From NCBI RefSeq assembly GCF_000011125.1, contig NC_000854.2:1530001-1562000 (forward strand): DNA of 32,000 bases, in the 5' to 3' direction. The DNA is from Aeropyrum pernix K1 (GTDB taxonomy: Archaea; Thermoproteota; Thermoprotei_A; Sulfolobales; Acidilobaceae). Under the pieces are notes generated by a model. It made no database searches, was not told the DNA's origin, and worked only from the letters and a program-made list of their open reading frames with translations. Shown piece after piece: positions 16,932 to 24,448 of the stretch. Every line of letters starts with the position of its first letter. The stretch's first letter is position 1. A program made the position numbers and the translations under genes.

Positions 16932-18707
16932 ATGCTTGTCAGAAGGTTTCTCGCAGTCAAGTCCTCCCACACACCGAGGATAGACCCCTCGACAGGCTGC
17001 ATCTACTACCTCTCCGACTCTGCTTCCAGCCAGCCCGTGATATGGAAGAGCTGCGAATCGCGTAATGACGTCTGGCTCCCTTGGGAGAGGCGGGTAGGAT
17101 CTCTCGAGATTGCCCCCGACGGTCTTGTAGCGTTTTCCACAGACAAGGATGGTGATGAGCGGTGGTCTATCTACATTGCTGGTGAGGACCTGGGTGTGAG
17201 ACTAGTTGCCGGCGAGGACGGCAGCATTAACATGATAGGTCCCTGGAGCCCTGATGGAAGGCTTCTCGCATTCACAAGCAACAAGAGGAACGGCGTTGAT
17301 TTTGACCTCTACGTCTTCGACCGGGAGAAAGGAAGCGTTAGCATTGTAGTGGAGGGTGAGGGGATCATAGCAGCATCATCATGGATCGATGGCAGCCGCC
17401 TTCTGGCTGTAAAGAGGAATAGCAACCTCGACAGCGACATATTGGCAGTAAACGTGTATAAAGGTGAAGCTAAAGTTCTCACCAGACATAGAGGAGAGGA
17501 GCTGAACACCTCACCCCGCCCTATTGGAGGCGGGAAAGCCCTGTTTATAAGCAATATGGATAGTGAGTTCACAGGCATAGCTCTCATCGACCTACAGACT
17601 GGTGATAGGAGACTGGTCTTCAGGGAACAGTGGGACGTGGAGGCGTTGGAGGTTTCTGGCAAAACGGTAGTCTACTCCCTAAACGTTGATGGGGAGAGCA
17701 GGGTTTACACGACTAAAATCGATGAACGGGGTTCCCTGCTACAACCCCGACCCATTGAGGGGCTGCCGAGAGGCTCGCTGCTGTCATTGGACCTGAACGA
17801 GAAGCTAGGTCTCGCGGTCTTCTCGCTCAGCACTCCTAAACACGGGATAGAGATTTACATTGCTGGGCTCGGGAGAAGCGCATCTAGGCTTACCGTAAGC
17901 CCCAAGGCGTGGCTGAGAGAGGATGAGTTTGTCGAGCCGGAACATTTCTCCTACGAGAGCTTCGACGGTATTAAGGTAAGAGCGCTACTATACAAGCCGG
18001 ATAAACCTCTCTACACCCCGCCTCCAGCCGTCGTGTATCTACATGGAGGTCCTGAGAGCCAGGAGAGGGTTAGATTCAACGTGTTTCCCCAAGCTCTAGC
18101 GGCCATCGGTATAGCGACTATCGCCCCTAACTACAGGGGGTCCACAGGCTATGGCAGAAGGTTTGTCCATCTTGACGACGTGGAGAAGCGTATGGATGCG
18201 GTTCGCGATGTTTATTATGCGGTCAAGGCGGCTGTGGAAGCGGGGCTTGTCGATGGCTCCAGGCTCTGTGTAATGGGCGGCTCCTACGGAGGCTACCTGA
18301 CTCTCATGTCACTCGCGATCTACCCCGACTTGTGGAAGTGTGGGGTTGAGATTGTTGGAATAGTTAACCTCGTCACATTTATAAGGAACACTAGCCCTTA
18401 CAGGAGGAGGTACCGCATAGCCGAATATGGCGACCCCGATGTACATGGCGAGATCATGCTGAAGCTCAGCCCTATAACCTACGTTGAGAATATGAAGGCT
18501 CCACTCATGGTTATACATGGCGCCAAAGACCCTAGGGTGCCTGTAAGCGAGGCGGAGCAGCTAGTTGAGGCACTCTCGTCCAGAGGCGTAAGAGTCAGGT
18601 ATGTTAGGCTTGAGGACGAGGGGCACGGTATCGTGAAGCTTGAGAACAAGCTCAGGGTGTATAGGGAAGCCCTCGAGTTTATATACGAGAATCTCGCTAG
18701 CCGATAA
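16932..18707 (+). CDS. S9 family serine peptidase (prolyl oligopeptidase / acylaminoacyl-peptidase type)
   Basis: An N-terminal beta-propeller-like repeat region is followed by an alpha/beta hydrolase domain with YLHGGPES, the nucleophile elbow GGSYGGYL, HGAKDPRVP and EGHG. The start is ATG 16932 or TTG 16920. Confidence 0.9.
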   Translation: MLVRRFLAVKSSHTPRIDPSTGCIYYLSDSASSQPVIWKSCESRNDVWLPWERRVGSLEIAPDGLVAFSTDKDGDERWSIYIAGEDLGVRLVAGEDGSINMIGPWSPDGRLLAFTSNKRNGVDFDLYVFDREKGSVSIVVEGEGIIAASSWIDGSRLLAVKRNSNLDSDILAVNVYKGEAKVLTRHRGEELNTSPRPIGGGKALFISNMDSEFTGIALIDLQTGDRRLVFREQWDVEALEVSGKTVVYSLNVDGESRVYTTKIDERGSLLQPRPIEGLPRGSLLSLDLNEKLGLAVFSLSTPKHGIEIYIAGLGRSASRLTVSPKAWLREDEFVEPEHFSYESFDGIKVRALLYKPDKPLYTPPPAVVYLHGGPESQERVRFNVFPQALAAIGIATIAPNYRGSTGYGRRFVHLDDVEKRMDAVRDVYYAVKAAVEAGLVDGSRLCVMGGSYGGYLTLMSLAIYPDLWKCGVEIVGIVNLVTFIRNTSPYRRRYRIAEYGDPDVHGEIMLKLSPITYVENMKAPLMVIHGAKDPRVPVSEAEQLVEALSSRGVRVRYVRLEDEGHGIVKLENKLRVYREALEFIYENLASR

Positions 18708-18743
18708 CAAGAGCGAAAAAGTTATTAGGACCCTTTTCCAAGA

Positions 18744-18751
18744 TTTATAAA
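18744..18751 (+). promoter_or_regulatory. TATA box (TTTATAAA) for tfb
   Basis: Consensus archaeal TATA about 50 nt upstream of ATG 18801, predicting a leader of roughly 25 nt. A second AT-rich run (18779-18786) is too close to the ATG to serve it. Confidence 0.5.
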
Positions 18752-18800
18752 GGTATCGCTCTCTACCAAAGCGGTAAATTATATATTTAGGGTGCTTAAC

Positions 18801-19769
18801 ATGGCTTCGGAAATACCTTATGACGAGAGCCCTTCTGGCGAGGAAAGCGGGGAGATTAAATGCAAGAACATCGTGACAGACCCGGTAAGAGGTCTGAAGA
18901 TTTGTGCTGACACTGGAGAGATAATAGGCGAGGACATTATAGGGACTGAGAGTGACGTCAAAGCCTACACGCCAGAGGAGAGGCAGCAGAAAACCCATTA
19001 CGGAGGCCCCCTAAAATACTCACACCACTATATGGGTGTGGAGGCTAGCCTCGAGCACCCCAGAGACCACGGCCCCAAGGGTATTAAGCAGAGGAAGATA
19101 CTGCCCAGAAGGCCCCCCCGCCTCTCAGCTAGACCTCTGACCAGTGTTGACAAAAACCTGCAGACAGCACTCTCGCTCATTAACGAGGTAGCGAGCAGAA
19201 TGGGCATGCCCGAGATAGTTGTTGAAGACGCGAGCAAGATCTACAGAGAGGCCATGGAGAAAGGGCTGACCCGGGGTAGGAGCATTGAAAGCATAGTGGC
19301 GGCGTCCCTCTACGCTGCATCACGCATACACGGGCTCCCGCATAGCCTAACAGACATTATAAAAGCCATGAAAGGAAACGTCGATGCTGAGACCCGCAGA
19401 GACGTCGCCCGGAGTTACAGGCTCCTTGTCAGGGATCTCAACATAAAAATACCGGTTCGTAAGCCGGAGAACTTTGTCTACACTATAATCAGTGCCCTAG
19501 GTCTTCCAGAACACGTCGCTATAGAGGCGATCAAAATAATAGACCTTTCCCGCAAGAAAGGCCTAACCGCAGGTAAGGATCCAGGCGGGCTTGCCGGGGC
19601 AGCAGTATATCTGGCGGCGCTCAAGCATGGGATCAGGAAGACGCAGAAGGAGATAGCCCACGTAGTTGGGGTAACGGAAGTTACAATCCGGAATAGATAC
19701 AAGGAGATAGCCCAGGCCCTAGGCATTGAGGAAGAGCTAGAGGAGAAAGGTGGCGAGGAAAAAGGCTAG
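18801..19769 (+). CDS. tfb: transcription initiation factor B (TFIIB homologue)
   Basis: Two cyclin-fold repeats (RGRSIESIVAASLYAASRIHGLPHSLTDI and GKDPGGLAGAAVYLAALKHGIRKTQKEIAHVVGVTEVTIRNRYKEI), plus a B-reader-like DVKAYTPEERQQK. The N-terminal ribbon has only two Cys residues. Confidence 0.93.
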   Translation: MASEIPYDESPSGEESGEIKCKNIVTDPVRGLKICADTGEIIGEDIIGTESDVKAYTPEERQQKTHYGGPLKYSHHYMGVEASLEHPRDHGPKGIKQRKILPRRPPRLSARPLTSVDKNLQTALSLINEVASRMGMPEIVVEDASKIYREAMEKGLTRGRSIESIVAASLYAASRIHGLPHSLTDIIKAMKGNVDAETRRDVARSYRLLVRDLNIKIPVRKPENFVYTIISALGLPEHVAIEAIKIIDLSRKKGLTAGKDPGGLAGAAVYLAALKHGIRKTQKEIAHVVGVTEVTIRNRYKEIAQALGIEEELEEKGGEEKG

Positions 19770-19827
19770 GACCCGCATAGTGCAGGTGCAGTAGGCTAAG
19801 TGTCCACAGTCTCCACGCTATACCCTC

Positions 19828-19832
19828 TTTTT
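19828..19832 (+). terminator. oligo-T tract downstream of tfb
   Basis: TTTTT about 60 nt after the tfb stop, in the convergent spacer. Archaeal termination typically uses T-runs. This is weak evidence. Confidence 0.3.
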
Positions 19833-19880
19833 ACCCTCCCTTTCCACCTCATCCTTCATGGTATCCTCTGTATCTATCCT

Positions 19881-20951
19881 CTAGGGGGTGCCGACGAGTA
19901 CTTTAGGGCATTCTAGGGGAGTGCCTATTGGGGCTAGGTAAGCCTTCTTTATAGCATCTCTTGTTATGCTTTCCGGACTTGTGTACGGGTAGATCCTGTC
20001 TATAGCCACACCCATATCTCTGAGGATCCTCATAACGTGGTGAACCGTCTCGCCCGATCCCATAGTCTGTAGCAGAACCACGGGCTTCTTATCCGCATAG
20101 CTTGTAGCCACTGCAGCGCTGGCAACTGGTGGCATGACCGGCAACGCGTATGCTAGCCTCTCGGGATCGTGGTGCCTCAGCACCGCAACTATACCGCTTG
20201 GTGTGCAGTAGGGTGCGCATCTGAGTCTATATCCCAAAATGGCTTTTCTCTTCCACAGCCTGTAGTACTTGCGCTGTGTCTTTATCAGGCTTAGCCCGTA
20301 GGTCCTGGCCATGCTTGCCACGCTTCTCAAAGCGTCTATGTTAGCCTCTAGTAGTAGGAGAACGACGACCTTGTCGGCCGGGTATCTCCTACCGGAAAGG
20401 TCTGGTAGGCCCTTCTCGTATGTCTCCATAAACACTTTCTTCATACCGTCAAGTATACTCTTCTCTGGCTTGTAATACGGGTCCATCCTAATGTAGGGTA
20501 TACTAGCTAGAGCAGGCCTTGAACCCCAAACTATGTGAGTAAAGTATATGTCGTCGGCTTCTACACTGTTTGCAAACTCTTCAACACAACCCTCAGGAAC
20601 GATAAAAGTCTGCATAAAACGGCCGTCTAAAAGTCTAGCGGTGCTTTTAGGTGGAATATCAGCTAGCGTGGGGCTATTGCTAACGATGGCGACCTGGCTT
20701 AGGTCGAGCCTCTCATAGTTTATAGAGACCCCGAACTGGAAGCCCGCCGCCCTGGCCCTCTGAACAAGTTTATATAAATTCCTCTCAGCTAGGCCCAATT
20801 TCTGGGCATAGGACTTTATAGACGGCGGTAGACCCTCCTCAGTCGAGTATCTTGTTAATGCTTCTATGATCTGTGCAAGCCTAAAATCAATCATATTATT
20901 CTTTATAACTCTTGAAACTCTAGTCCTCCTAACCTCGACTTCTCCAGACAT
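19881..20951 (-). CDS. tandem winged-helix protein (two Lrp/AsnC-like HTH modules, each followed by a small alpha/beta domain); candidate WhiP/Cdt1-like DNA-binding protein or regulator
   Basis: 356-aa ORF with an ATG start and a TATA-like ATAATAATA (20972-20980) about 26 nt upstream, so leaderless. Module 1: IDFRLAQIIEAL...SIKSYAQKLGLAERNLYKLVQRARAAGFQFGVSINYERLDL. Module 2: ADKVVVLLLLEANIDALRSVASMARTYGLSLIKTQRKYYRLWKRKAILGYRLRCAP. Both fit the Lrp/AsnC HTH pattern (iA..lGlS......R...L....I.gy). I am confident it is a real CDS; the function is inferred. Confidence 0.7.
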   Translation of the reverse strand: MSGEVEVRRTRVSRVIKNNMIDFRLAQIIEALTRYSTEEGLPPSIKSYAQKLGLAERNLYKLVQRARAAGFQFGVSINYERLDLSQVAIVSNSPTLADIPPKSTARLLDGRFMQTFIVPEGCVEEFANSVEADDIYFTHIVWGSRPALASIPYIRMDPYYKPEKSILDGMKKVFMETYEKGLPDLSGRRYPADKVVVLLLLEANIDALRSVASMARTYGLSLIKTQRKYYRLWKRKAILGYRLRCAPYCTPSGIVAVLRHHDPERLAYALPVMPPVASAAVATSYADKKPVVLLQTMGSGETVHHVMRILRDMGVAIDRIYPYTSPESITRDAIKKAYLAPIGTPLECPKVLVGTP

Positions 20952-20970
20952 TTCCCACGATACACCACTA

Positions 20971-21010
20971 CATAATAATAAGCATCAATATTTAATAAAT
21001 TTTATATTGT
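20971..21010. other. extremely AT-rich tract (5 G+C in 40 nt by my count); candidate duplex-unwinding element and/or promoter region
   Basis: The tract is cataataataagcatcaatatttaataaattttatattgt. Coding segments I counted in this window are roughly 55 percent G+C. Confidence 0.3.
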
Positions 21011-21155
21011 CTTGTAGCTCGCCCTTGAATCCCGGGAATATCTGAAAACTATGGGTGCAAAGCGATATATCGTATTGACCTAGTAAATATTAGACTTATA
21101 CACAGTTGTAAGTACGAGTTTAGACTGAAGACCCGAAAATCCCAGGCCGAGGTCC

Positions 21156-21163
21156 TTATAAAA
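21156..21163 (+). promoter_or_regulatory. TATA box (TTATAAAA) upstream of the GC-rich structured element
   Basis: Consensus TATA centred near 21160. The predicted transcription start, about 26 nt downstream (around 21186), falls just before the GC-rich element that begins at 21191. No protein ORF follows. Confidence 0.4.
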
Positions 21164-21190
21164 CTGTTCCTCACGGTAACTACTAATTAA

Positions 21191-21268
21191 CGGGTGGGCC
21201 CCGGCCTTAGGCTTCTAAGCGACGCCCCCGAAACCCGGGGGAGGATGACCGGGGCCCCTCCCGGCCTT
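21191..21268 (+). ncRNA. candidate small structured RNA of unknown class: a GC-rich three-way junction in an AT-rich spacer
   Basis: Closing stem: 21196-21204 GGGCCCCGG pairs with 21249-21257 CCGGGGCCC, extendable with 21191-21194/21260-21263. Hairpin A: CTTAG-GCTT-CTAAG (21206-21219). Hairpin B: CCCCCG-AAACC-CGGGGG (21225-21241). A TATA box sits at the right distance. A GC-rich island in an AT-rich spacer is typical of RNA genes in hyperthermophiles. Strand and ends are uncertain, and the palindromic stems fold on either strand. Confidence 0.3.
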
Positions 21269-21617
21269 TCAAGTTAAAAAATCCATGGTTTCCCAAATAA
21301 CCTACAAACACGTTCTATAAAGTAGACTGGGCTCCCTACAACCTTACTATTAGAGTTGTTGACCTGTGCTCCGAAGCTCTCATACAGTACAATATATGTA
21401 CCGAGCCTACTGCTCTACTGCCAGTGTTACGCCTATCCACCATAGCAGTTGTTATCGCCGTTGACATGCGAGCTAGGTTGTTAAGGCAGGAGGCAGACGA
21501 GCAGGCTTCCCTATCTCGAAATACCTCTCCAAGATAGACCAGTATGAAGGCCAGGTTATCCTACATGCTCTTGGTTATTAGTCCAGCTGTGGCCAGTCTA
21601 AATTTAGGAGATCCGCT

Positions 21618-22715
21618 GTGGAGCAGCCCGGATTTAAGTTAAGGGCGGTTACAATCCATTTCGAGGCTTCGGCTGATGTTGATAGCATTGAGGATGCCGT
21701 CTTTAAAGCTAAGGAGGCTATTGACCGTCTAACGGCGGAGAAGGGGGTGGAGGTTTGGAGCCTGAGAGCAGTGCTCACCCCGGGAGAGAGTGTTGCCGAT
21801 TCCCTGGGTAGAGTTGCCGAGCTTGAGCCTTTAGTTGAGGAGGAGGGCGTTTTCATCAACCTCGGGCTACACAATGCTTCTGCCGATGATTGGGAGGCTG
21901 TAAGTGGTATAGTTGAGAGCGGGTTCTTCTTGAGCTTCGCCCTCGAGAATGGCACTTGGGAAGAAGCCAGAAGCTATTCTAAGCTTCTTCACCGTCTAGC
22001 AGATAAGAGTCCTGATCTGGCTGTGCACATTGGCTTCAACCCGCTGGGAACACACATACTAACACCTTATTTCCCCCTAGCCACCAGCCCCGGCGAGCAA
22101 AGAACCGTGACAGTTGCTCTTCTTTACCCTAGATATCTTCTTGAAAGCTTCAGAAAAGGGGGTCTCCAGGCCGTTATTGATTCCATGGTTGATGCTGCAC
22201 AACTTTCCGGGGAGTATGGTAAAGCTGTGGCAAAAGATGTAGAAGGCTCATTCGCGGGTGTGGATCTCAGCATTTCGCCATGGATGGAGGAGTCCAGCCT
22301 AGCTCTTGTCGAGGAGGTTGGGGGCGTAAGGCTTCCGGAGCCCGGTTTCGCCTATGGACTTAGGCTTGTCAATGAAGCTATAGCCGCGGCTGCCTCAAAG
22401 ACCGGGTATGCCGTCGGGTTTAACGAAGTCCAGCTCCCGGTTGCAGAGGATTCGAAGCTGAAAGTCAGAGTTGCCGAGCTGGAAACGTCGGCCAGGGATC
22501 TTCTGAGACTATCTGGAGTATGTCTAGCCGGTCTAGATATGGCAGTGATCCCCGCCTCCCTTGATGGTGTTGCAGGACTCCTGCTCGAGGCCAGGGCCTA
22601 CTCTAGGGCTAAGGGCAGTATAGTGGGTGTTAGGCTGATACCGCTCGACGGCGTGGAGCCGGGCGACGAGGTCTTCTTGAAGAGGTTTGGGGAGGTGCCC
22701 GTCATACCAATCTAA
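21618..22715 (+). CDS. DUF711/UPF0210-like protein (tentative family call)
   Basis: 365-aa ORF. GTG 21618 lies 8 nt after GGAG (21606-21609). LRAVTIHF near the N-terminus and GFNEVQLPVAEDSKL resemble UPF0210 motifs as I remember them. I am confident it is a real CDS; the family is uncertain. Confidence 0.6.
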   Translation: MEQPGFKLRAVTIHFEASADVDSIEDAVFKAKEAIDRLTAEKGVEVWSLRAVLTPGESVADSLGRVAELEPLVEEEGVFINLGLHNASADDWEAVSGIVESGFFLSFALENGTWEEARSYSKLLHRLADKSPDLAVHIGFNPLGTHILTPYFPLATSPGEQRTVTVALLYPRYLLESFRKGGLQAVIDSMVDAAQLSGEYGKAVAKDVEGSFAGVDLSISPWMEESSLALVEEVGGVRLPEPGFAYGLRLVNEAIAAAASKTGYAVGFNEVQLPVAEDSKLKVRVAELETSARDLLRLSGVCLAGLDMAVIPASLDGVAGLLLEARAYSRAKGSIVGVRLIPLDGVEPGDEVFLKRFGEVPVIPI

Positions 22716-22738
22716 CGTCTTCCCCGGGAACAACGTTG

Positions 22739-23167
22739 CTAGTACCTTATCTCCCATCCCACTACTGCAAAGAGAATCGATATCAGAGTCACGGCTATTA
22801 TGTGGGCAGCCATGTCAACAGTGCTAATACTACCCCCCCGCCTATATCGCCTTATTATTCTAAGACGTGCGTCAACTGCCAACAGTATGGTTGCAACAAG
22901 GAGTGCAATCTTCAAATTCACAAGGCTAGCCACAGCCCCCTCAGGCCAGCCCAGCTTCACCGCCATATATAACCCGGTAACAGCCGCTATCACCAGACTA
23001 GGCATTCCAATCTTCTCGTAGACACTCTCAAACTGCTCAAGATGCCTAAAATCGCCAGTAGCAATGAATCTCGGTAGGTAGCCGAGAACAATCACAATAT
23101 GGCCGCCTATCCAGACTGAAGCAGCCAGGATATGAATTAGCTGGGCGACTTGGTAATCAGTAACCAT
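22739..23167 (-). CDS. small integral membrane protein (4 predicted TM helices, CopD-like?)
   Basis: MVTDYQVAQLIHILAASVWIGGHIVIVLGYL... followed by three further hydrophobic helices. I prefer ATG 23167 over the TTG at 23191. The family assignment is speculative. Confidence 0.6.
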   Translation of the reverse strand: MVTDYQVAQLIHILAASVWIGGHIVIVLGYLPRFIATGDFRHLEQFESVYEKIGMPSLVIAAVTGLYMAVKLGWPEGAVASLVNLKIALLVATILLAVDARLRIIRRYRRGGSISTVDMAAHIIAVTLISILFAVVGWEIRY

Positions 23168-23537
23168 TCTTAACCCCCTATATCCCTTCAAGGAACCACG
23201 GCATTATGAGAGATATCTTACGGCTAAATAGAATATTGAATATTGTACATATTTAATCTAAAGTAGCCCACTCTGGAATCCCGACGAGAGATCTCTTTAC
23301 ACTCAGGCTCGATAAACTACCAAGCATAACTACTTAACAATCAAATTTTTCCAGATTATCTTGATAACATGCTGGGCTAGCGCCCCTCATATATTAACAG
23401 AAAAGAGGGATGGAACCTCAATAGGAGGTCAGATGGACTAGGAATCGTCATAGGTGCCTTCAGCGGCACCTCCGTCCGGGTTTTACTCTCCATCTGGTGT
23501 TTTGTTCTTCCGCCTCTATCCTTTCCAACCTATGGTG

Positions 23538-23542
23538 AAAAA
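23538..23542 (-). terminator. oligo-T tract (minus strand) downstream of btpA
   Basis: AAAAA on the plus strand, so TTTTT on the minus strand, about 40 nt after the btpA stop at 23582. Confidence 0.3.
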
Positions 23543-23581
23543 TACTTATGGGTGTTGTGTTATCATACGGCCTCAGCCGGC

Positions 23582-24445
23582 TTAGCAGCCCTCTGTTATC
23601 CTCCTAAGCCTCTCTGCAAGTGAGGCGATCAGTCTAGCCTTCTCCTTGTCTATGGGATTCCAGGGCTTCCCCCCGAGCTTTATGCTGGAGCCTATTATAA
23701 AACCGTCTGCTATATGCCAGTACTTCGATAGATTTAGCTGTGACACGCCGCTTCCCACGACGGTTTTTACCTCGTACTCCGAAGCAGTTCTGGCTGCCGC
23801 CACAACTTCGTCAGCGTCTGGCGCTCCTCCTGTAGCATGTCCTGTGAGCACAACTCCAGCTATTGGGACGCCGCTCCTCTCTATACAGTCCCTCACCGTC
23901 TGGGCTATACTCGTCTCCACTAGAGGCTGGCTGTGCTTAACATCTACATCAGCCAGTATCTCTATGCGCCTCTCCTCTAGTATACCCAGGAGAGCCAGGC
24001 TTTTTGCAAGACGCGCAGCGTCAGGCTCTAATATGCCTTCGGGGGATAGCCTAGTCTCACACAGGCTATTCACACGTATAAAGCTGCCTCCGCCCGAGTA
24101 CGCTGAAGCTAGAGCTTCGACGCTACCGTTTCTAAGCATGTTAACCCCGACAGGTATGCCTACTGCCGAGGAAACCTCACGTACTATCCTCGTCATTGCA
24201 GAAACCTGGAGGGGCCCGGGAGTCTTGGGATAGGGCGTGTCACCGTAGTTTTCTAGGATAACCCCGTCGAACCCGGCATCCTCGTATACGGAGGCCTCAG
24301 ACACTGCGTACTCTATTATCTCCTCTAGGCTCCAGACCTTACCCAGCCTGGGTGGATACCGCCTGGCCTTATAGCCCGTTGAGCCGGGAAGAGGTGGCAG
24401 GTGTACAACACCCAGTAGGGGCTTGCACCTCTGAAAAACCCCCAT
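23582..24445 (-). CDS. BtpA/SgcQ-family TIM-barrel protein
   Basis: KPLLGVVHLPPLPGSTGY...AGFDGVILENYGDTPY...PVGVNMLRNGSVEALASAYSGGGSFIRVN is the BtpA family signature. Confidence 0.83.
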   Translation of the reverse strand: MGVFQRCKPLLGVVHLPPLPGSTGYKARRYPPRLGKVWSLEEIIEYAVSEASVYEDAGFDGVILENYGDTPYPKTPGPLQVSAMTRIVREVSSAVGIPVGVNMLRNGSVEALASAYSGGGSFIRVNSLCETRLSPEGILEPDAARLAKSLALLGILEERRIEILADVDVKHSQPLVETSIAQTVRDCIERSGVPIAGVVLTGHATGGAPDADEVVAAARTASEYEVKTVVGSGVSQLNLSKYWHIADGFIIGSSIKLGGKPWNPIDKEKARLIASLAERLRRITEGC

Positions 24446-24448
24446 AAG

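Noticed and set aside
18561-18998. A 145-aa minus-strand ORF spanning the peptidase 3' end, the spacer and the tfb 5' end.
   Set aside because: It overlaps two confident plus-strand genes and the tfb promoter. It has no motifs and is composed largely of antisense codons.
21036-21044. The octamer GAATCCCG is present in both long spacers (21036 and 23276), and AATCC-containing variants occur at 21137 and 21279.
   Set aside because: About one chance occurrence of any 8-mer is expected in 32 kb on two strands. The variants are degenerate. I mention it only as a possible seed for a proper motif search.
21242-21248. AGGAUGA as a C box of a C/D-box sRNA. A similar CGAUGAA occurs at 26094-26100.
   Set aside because: It has one mismatch to RUGAUGA, and no CUGA D box lies within about 70 nt downstream on the same strand. 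The flanking stem is on the wrong side for a C/D terminal kink-turn.
21196-21258. Reading the GC-rich element as a tRNA, either T-armless or split.
   Set aside because: The 7-bp acceptor-like stem and two arms are suggestive. However, there is no T-arm or TTCRA loop anywhere nearby, the D-like loop is only 4 nt without GG, and the 7-nt loop alternative (GAAACCC) lacks U33 and a purine at 37. It is therefore not a canonical tRNA. I kept it only as an unknown structured element.
21544-21642. A 32-codon ORF (MKARLSYMLLVISPAVASLNLGDPLWSSPDLS) upstream of, and overlapping, the DUF711-like start.
   Set aside because: It has no Shine-Dalgarno motif or positioned TATA, no recognisable family, and a length well within chance expectation. 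It may merit a look only if ribosome-profiling data exist.
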